The position numbers and the translations under genes are program-made. From Synechococcus sp. (GTDB lineage Bacteria > Cyanobacteriota > Cyanobacteriia > PCC-6307 > Cyanobiaceae), in NCBI GenBank assembly GCA_047285805.1, contig JBJBCN010000002.1, positions 320,001 to 384,000 of the forward strand: DNA of 64,000 bases. Reading direction: 5' to 3'. Every line of letters starts with the position of its first letter. Position 1 is the stretch's first letter. The notes under the pieces are model-generated. The model had not been told where the DNA came from, made no database searches, and was given only the letters and a program-made list of their open reading frames with translations. This document shows positions 62,478-64,000 of this stretch, piece after piece.

Positions 62478-63068
62478 ATGACTAAGAGTTTGAGCAGTGG
62501 CCAGTGCATTGGCTATGCACGGGTCTCAACAAAGAGCCAGAGCGTTGAAGCCCAGGTGGCTGAGTTGAAGGCTGCAGGGGCCACGAAGGTCTTTGCAGAG
62601 CGCATCAGCACAAGGACAGCTGACAAGGACAGAACACAGCTGCAGGCCTGTCTGGCGTCACTACACAAGGGAGATGAGCTGGTGATCACCAAGCTCGACC
62701 GCCTTGGCAGGACTCAACGGGAGGTCATCAACCGACTGTGTGAGCTGCAGGAAGCAGGGATCAACGTCAGAACACTCGACAACCTGATCAACACCGCAGC
62801 ACTGGGGAAGATGGCTCCGCTGGTGGTTGGCCTGCTCACTGGTCTTGCTGAGGTTGAGCGTGAGCTGATCCGCGAGCGGACCCTGGCCTCTGTTGAGCAC
62901 CGCAGGGCAACTGGCGGGAAGCTCGGGGGAAGGCCTGCCAGCTTCACTCCAGAGCAGGCGCAGCAGGTCCATCGGATGCTGTTGGAGGGCATGTCCCTGG
63001 CCGCTGTAGCCCGAGGGACAGGGCTCTCGGAATCAACCTGCAGACGAATCAGGAAGCAAGCAGTTTGA
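62478..63068 (+). CDS. Small serine recombinase (resolvase/invertase)
   Basis: IGYARVST, GDELVITKLDRLGR, AEVERELIRERT, GGRP, C-terminal HTH. Confidence 0.95.
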   Translation: MTKSLSSGQCIGYARVSTKSQSVEAQVAELKAAGATKVFAERISTRTADKDRTQLQACLASLHKGDELVITKLDRLGRTQREVINRLCELQEAGINVRTLDNLINTAALGKMAPLVVGLLTGLAEVERELIRERTLASVEHRRATGGKLGGRPASFTPEQAQQVHRMLLEGMSLAAVARGTGLSESTCRRIRKQAV

Positions 63069-63323
63069 GGCCCTCCGAGGAGGTCAATCAACGTCAGATC
63101 AACCATCAATGCGTTGATTGCCTCGCAACAGGAGGGATCCATGCTCACAACGGCGAGAAAGGCGAGGCTTCAGCCCTTCCTCAACGCTCTTCAGCTCAGG
63201 ATTTCGCTCACAAACACATGTACGAGTAACGACCCAGCTCTGGAGGGGCTTTATTGCTGCATTTGATGCTCCGGGGAGCGCTACGGGGAAGGGCGCAACA
63301 GAGAAGCCTCCAGGAAGCTGTTT

Positions 63324-63399
63324 AAGAGGCTCCTAGAGGCTGAATCGAGGCGATAGAGGCGAAAGGAGCTCTAGAGGCCTTGTAGAGGCTTTTAGAGGC
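63324..63399 (+). repeat. Array of seven GAGGC (mostly TAGAGGC) direct repeats
   Basis: GAGGC ends at 63330, 63340, 63351, 63360, 63378, 63389, 63399. Confidence 0.8.
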
Positions 63400-63412
63400 C
63401 GATTAGGAGTCT

Positions 63413-63643
63413 TTAGCGATCAACAGGGAGTTGTTCGATCTGATCGAAGCGTTCTTGGAGGCCAGGGTTGTTCTGAGGGTCGGTGACGAGGCCGTGTACG
63501 CGGCGGAGCGTCCATTCAGCGTTGAAGAGTTGCCAGAGGCGCTGTTCTGGTGTTTCGCGGTGGATGCCTGTGTAGGGGCGGTCTTCCGGGGGGAAGTGGC
63601 TATAGCCAGGGCGTTCAATACGCGTTGCAGGCTGATGAGACAT
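63413..63643 (-). CDS. Hypothetical ORFan
   Basis: 76 aa; ATG 5 nt after the TAG of the upstream frame. Confidence 0.5.
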   Translation of the reverse strand: MSHQPATRIERPGYSHFPPEDRPYTGIHRETPEQRLWQLFNAEWTLRRVHGLVTDPQNNPGLQERFDQIEQLPVDR

Positions 63644-63648
63644 ATGCG

Positions 63649-63999
63649 CTATGCAGCTTGATCAACGATAGCGAGGCAGGGAGCAAGTGACACCTGATCA
63701 ACATCAACACAACAAGACTCATTTGTCTTGAGGTCAACAACAGTGCAGCGTTCATTCTCTCAGTCGTATGAAGTCACAACACAGTGACGATCATTCAACA
63801 AAACCTTGTCACCAGGCATGAGGCTGGAAGGCTTTGGAGTCAACAAGTGATTGTTATCAACAACAGCAGGACGATCATGGATACCCCTGATCTTGATATT
63901 CGCTGCTGATCTTGAGCTGGGGGCTTTGGAGCGCTCAACACCGCCCCCGAGGAAGTACCGAACGAATGGTTGCTCGGGGTCGAGGAGGTTCTGGGGCAG
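63649..63999 (-). pseudogene. 3' part of a gene entering from the right edge, with an in-frame TGA at 63762-63760
   Basis: ...LMPGDKVLLNDRHCVVTSYD*ENERCTVVDLKTNESCCVDVDQVSLAPCLAIVDQAA*. Confidence 0.55.
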
Positions 64000-64000
64000 G

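Larger units (their letters stand above)
52290..64000. mobile_element. Accessory genomic island / integrative element (extends past the right edge)
   Basis: Begins inside a truncated gene; heterogeneous GC, gene fragments, wHTH protein, metal cargo, serine recombinase, phage-like ORFans. Confidence 0.75.

Noticed and set aside
61794..62509. ORFs 61794..62144, 61875..62225 and 62021..62509
   Set aside because: Overlapping, low-complexity and without motifs; the region looks like non-coding cis sites
63660..63870. Frequent CAAC/CAACA repeats
   Set aside because: Explained by GTT/TTG/GAT codons of the minus-strand frame

Overview
High-GC picocyanobacterial DNA (Synechococcus/Cyanobium type: form IA Rubisco, alpha-carboxysome). 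Bases 1-52,080 are mostly core genome. They carry the cso operon (csoS2 partial, cbbS, cbbL, csoS1), sbtA with an unannotated decayed sbtB, HAM1, csoS1D, bioA, bicA, amt, a glutamine riboswitch-DUF4278 gene, ktrAB, chlNBL, por, psaM, trpF, folE, accA, aar/ado, an S1 protein, pgeF, a photolyase-like/AbrB pair and ilvB. From about 52,290 to the right edge lies an accessory island that begins inside a truncated M23 peptidase gene. It carries a wHTH protein and a clustered metal module: RHH-like ORF + His-rich CDF exporter, cobalamin riboswitch-hupE-zupT, a mosaic porin behind a Fur/Zur-like palindrome, and two DUF3721 Cys/His proteins. After that comes a phage/satellite-like segment with a small serine recombinase, a helically phased GAGGC array and a gene interrupted by an in-frame TGA. 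The best candidate for an undescribed system is this mobile Co/Zn scavenging module. All calls come from reading the sequence; no database searches were run.
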